A stretch of DNA of 63,867 nucleotides, filler included, from Octopus bimaculoides (lineage: Eukaryota), in assembly GCF_001194135.2 (NCBI RefSeq). It is 6 parts of 5 records of this genome, joined end to end, with 100 filler letters (N's around TTAATTAATTAA, not from the genome) between each part and the next. Parts side by side here need not be neighbours in the genome. Positions count along the whole stretch, not along the records: positions 62,195 to 63,867 come from NC_069002.1; 5 more parts are not named here. One strand, 5' to 3'. Shown here one piece after another: positions 63,152-63,867 of the stretch. The notes under the pieces are model-generated. The model ran no database searches. It was not told the DNA's origin and saw nothing but the letters and a program-made list of their open reading frames with translations. Made by a program: the position numbers and the translations under genes. How positions within the stretch are numbered: the first letter of the stretch is position 1; each line of letters starts with the position of its first letter.

Positions 63152-63867
63152 TTGTCTGTCTGCCTCTCTCTCTCTCTCTCTCTCTCTCATTCTAGCTATT
63201 CCCCCTCCCCATGGCCATTTATCTGTAAATGCCTACTGTATTAATAGCTAATTGTATCAATGTAACACATTAGCCACATAATTACTATATAATCTTCACT
63301 TAGTACAACTCAGTTATTTGAAAACCACTAAATATGTTCATACATGTTATGTGTATGGATAGGCGCTGTCATGCGCATAAACACACACCGACATATACTA
63401 ATATAAACGCACGCACACACACACATGCACACAAGCAAACATAGACATTTAAAAATACATGAACATATAGTCATGTTTATTATATGCAAGCGTATATTTG
63501 AGTGTGTGTGTGTATGTATATATATATATATGTTTATATATTATTTTGCTTAAAAGAGTTCCAACACTGTCTGTTTTTTATGTTTTATTTATATTCCTGC
63601 TGAACCAATGTGGGGTATAGAATATGGAATATACAATATATAATATAATATACAATATATAATATAATATACAATATATAATATAAAATAAAATAAAATA
63701 AAAATAGATGGCACCATGAAAGAAAGTATTGAATGTAGATGAAATATTGAGTGTTCAATATAAAGGATCAAATATATAAATATATAAATATAAATATATA
63801 TATATAAAGGCGACTCGAGTTTCAGGGCCGGTATGTCATGGCCGGTATGACAGACTTTATATATATG

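Overview
AT-rich, microsatellite- and transposon-dense eukaryotic genomic DNA from a gapped draft assembly. The SINE families, (TA)n/(ATT)n load and intron style point to an octopus-like cephalopod; this is inference, not a database result. Two intron-containing genes on the + strand can be reconstructed by hand from GT-AG boundaries with consistent phases. (1) An ELMO (engulfment and cell motility) gene: 14 exons at 2542-12229, about 513 codons. Its 5' exons lie outside the window; one PH-domain exon and the C-terminal exons are not visible. (2) A fold-type II PLP enzyme of the serine/threonine dehydratase - serine racemase family: 3 exons at 44082-54941, N-terminal exon not found. Two further phase-compatible orphan exons lie at 58480 and 61957. 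The rest is decayed mobile DNA (hAT, mariner, Tc1, Helitron, Penelope, Tx1, RTE, CR1-like, R4/Dong-like LINEs, MITEs, several SINE families), minisatellites and assembly gaps. Best leads: the PLP enzyme has Thr at the racemase-determining Ser84-equivalent position; a 1.3-kb array of ~34-36 bp units with an ACTGAG-N8-CTCAGT dyad follows it; two orphan promoter-like islands share ACTACGCATGCG; two hammerhead-like motifs occur; and inverted SINE pairs flank ELMO exons. I see no firmly supported novel biological system; these are candidates for checking.
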